Shown here: positions 63,995-64,000 of the stretch, piece by piece
How the letters are laid out: each line of letters opens with the position of its first letter
Numbering within the stretch: position 1 is the stretch's first letter
Assembly: GCA_026388115.1 (NCBI GenBank)
Contig: JAPLKK010000015.1
Location: 2,988 to 66,987 of the forward strand
From: Elusimicrobiota bacterium
Lineage (GTDB): Bacteria > Elusimicrobiota > Elusimicrobia > UBA1565 > JACRDR01
DNA length: 64,000 nucleotides
Direction: 5' to 3'
The notes under the pieces: model-generated
Told to the model about the DNA's origin: nothing
What the model saw: the letters and a program-made list of their open reading frames with translations, nothing else
Databases searched by the model: none
Translations under genes and position numbers: made by a program

Positions 63995-64000
63995 GGCGAC

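Overview
This is a high-GC (~68-70%) bacterial chromosomal segment that spans the replication origin. An AT-rich region with DnaA boxes lies at ~16.46-16.74 kb, and gene orientation flips there: minus-strand genes to the left, plus-strand genes to the right. To the right of the origin lie dnaA, dnaN, a small DUF721/DciA-like gene, gyrB and gyrA. gyrB carries a 434-aa intein inserted in the Toprim motif, with a putative HNH endonuclease module and lower GC than the rest of gyrB. To the left of the origin is a tightly overlapping minus-strand cluster: hpf, hprK, rapZ, a complete mannose-family PTS (IIA, IIB, IIC, IID), ptsH and ptsI, then lepA, lepB, nfeD, a SIS-domain gene, a B12-binding radical SAM gene, a stand-alone receiver, a caspase-like lipoprotein and a Ddl-family ATP-grasp gene. 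Further right are archease, a prepilin-like gene, a WG-repeat protein and a membrane-anchored sulfatase-family protein. Next comes a putative archaic chaperone-usher (SCPU/Csu-like) fimbrial cluster whose usher is frameshifted, flanked by loosely similar TTGT-rich repeats. After that are rtcB, serS, a GH30 hydrolase, asd, lower-GC parB-parA, a polyamine cluster (aguB, aguA, speA, a deoxyhypusine-synthase-like gene), tatD, a second stand-alone receiver, clpC, a lower-GC hicB-hicA pair and radC. No rRNA, tRNA or CRISPR array was found by eye. The most unusual non-coding signals are three. First, two copies of a ~92-bp AT-rich palindromic element that exactly fill the intergenic gaps upstream of lepA and rapZ. 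Second, two copies of a GC-rich REP-like hairpin repeat. Third, a 46-nt near-identical hairpin-containing 5' leader shared by two unrelated genes. All coordinates and calls come from reading the sequence and the ORF track; no database searches were run.
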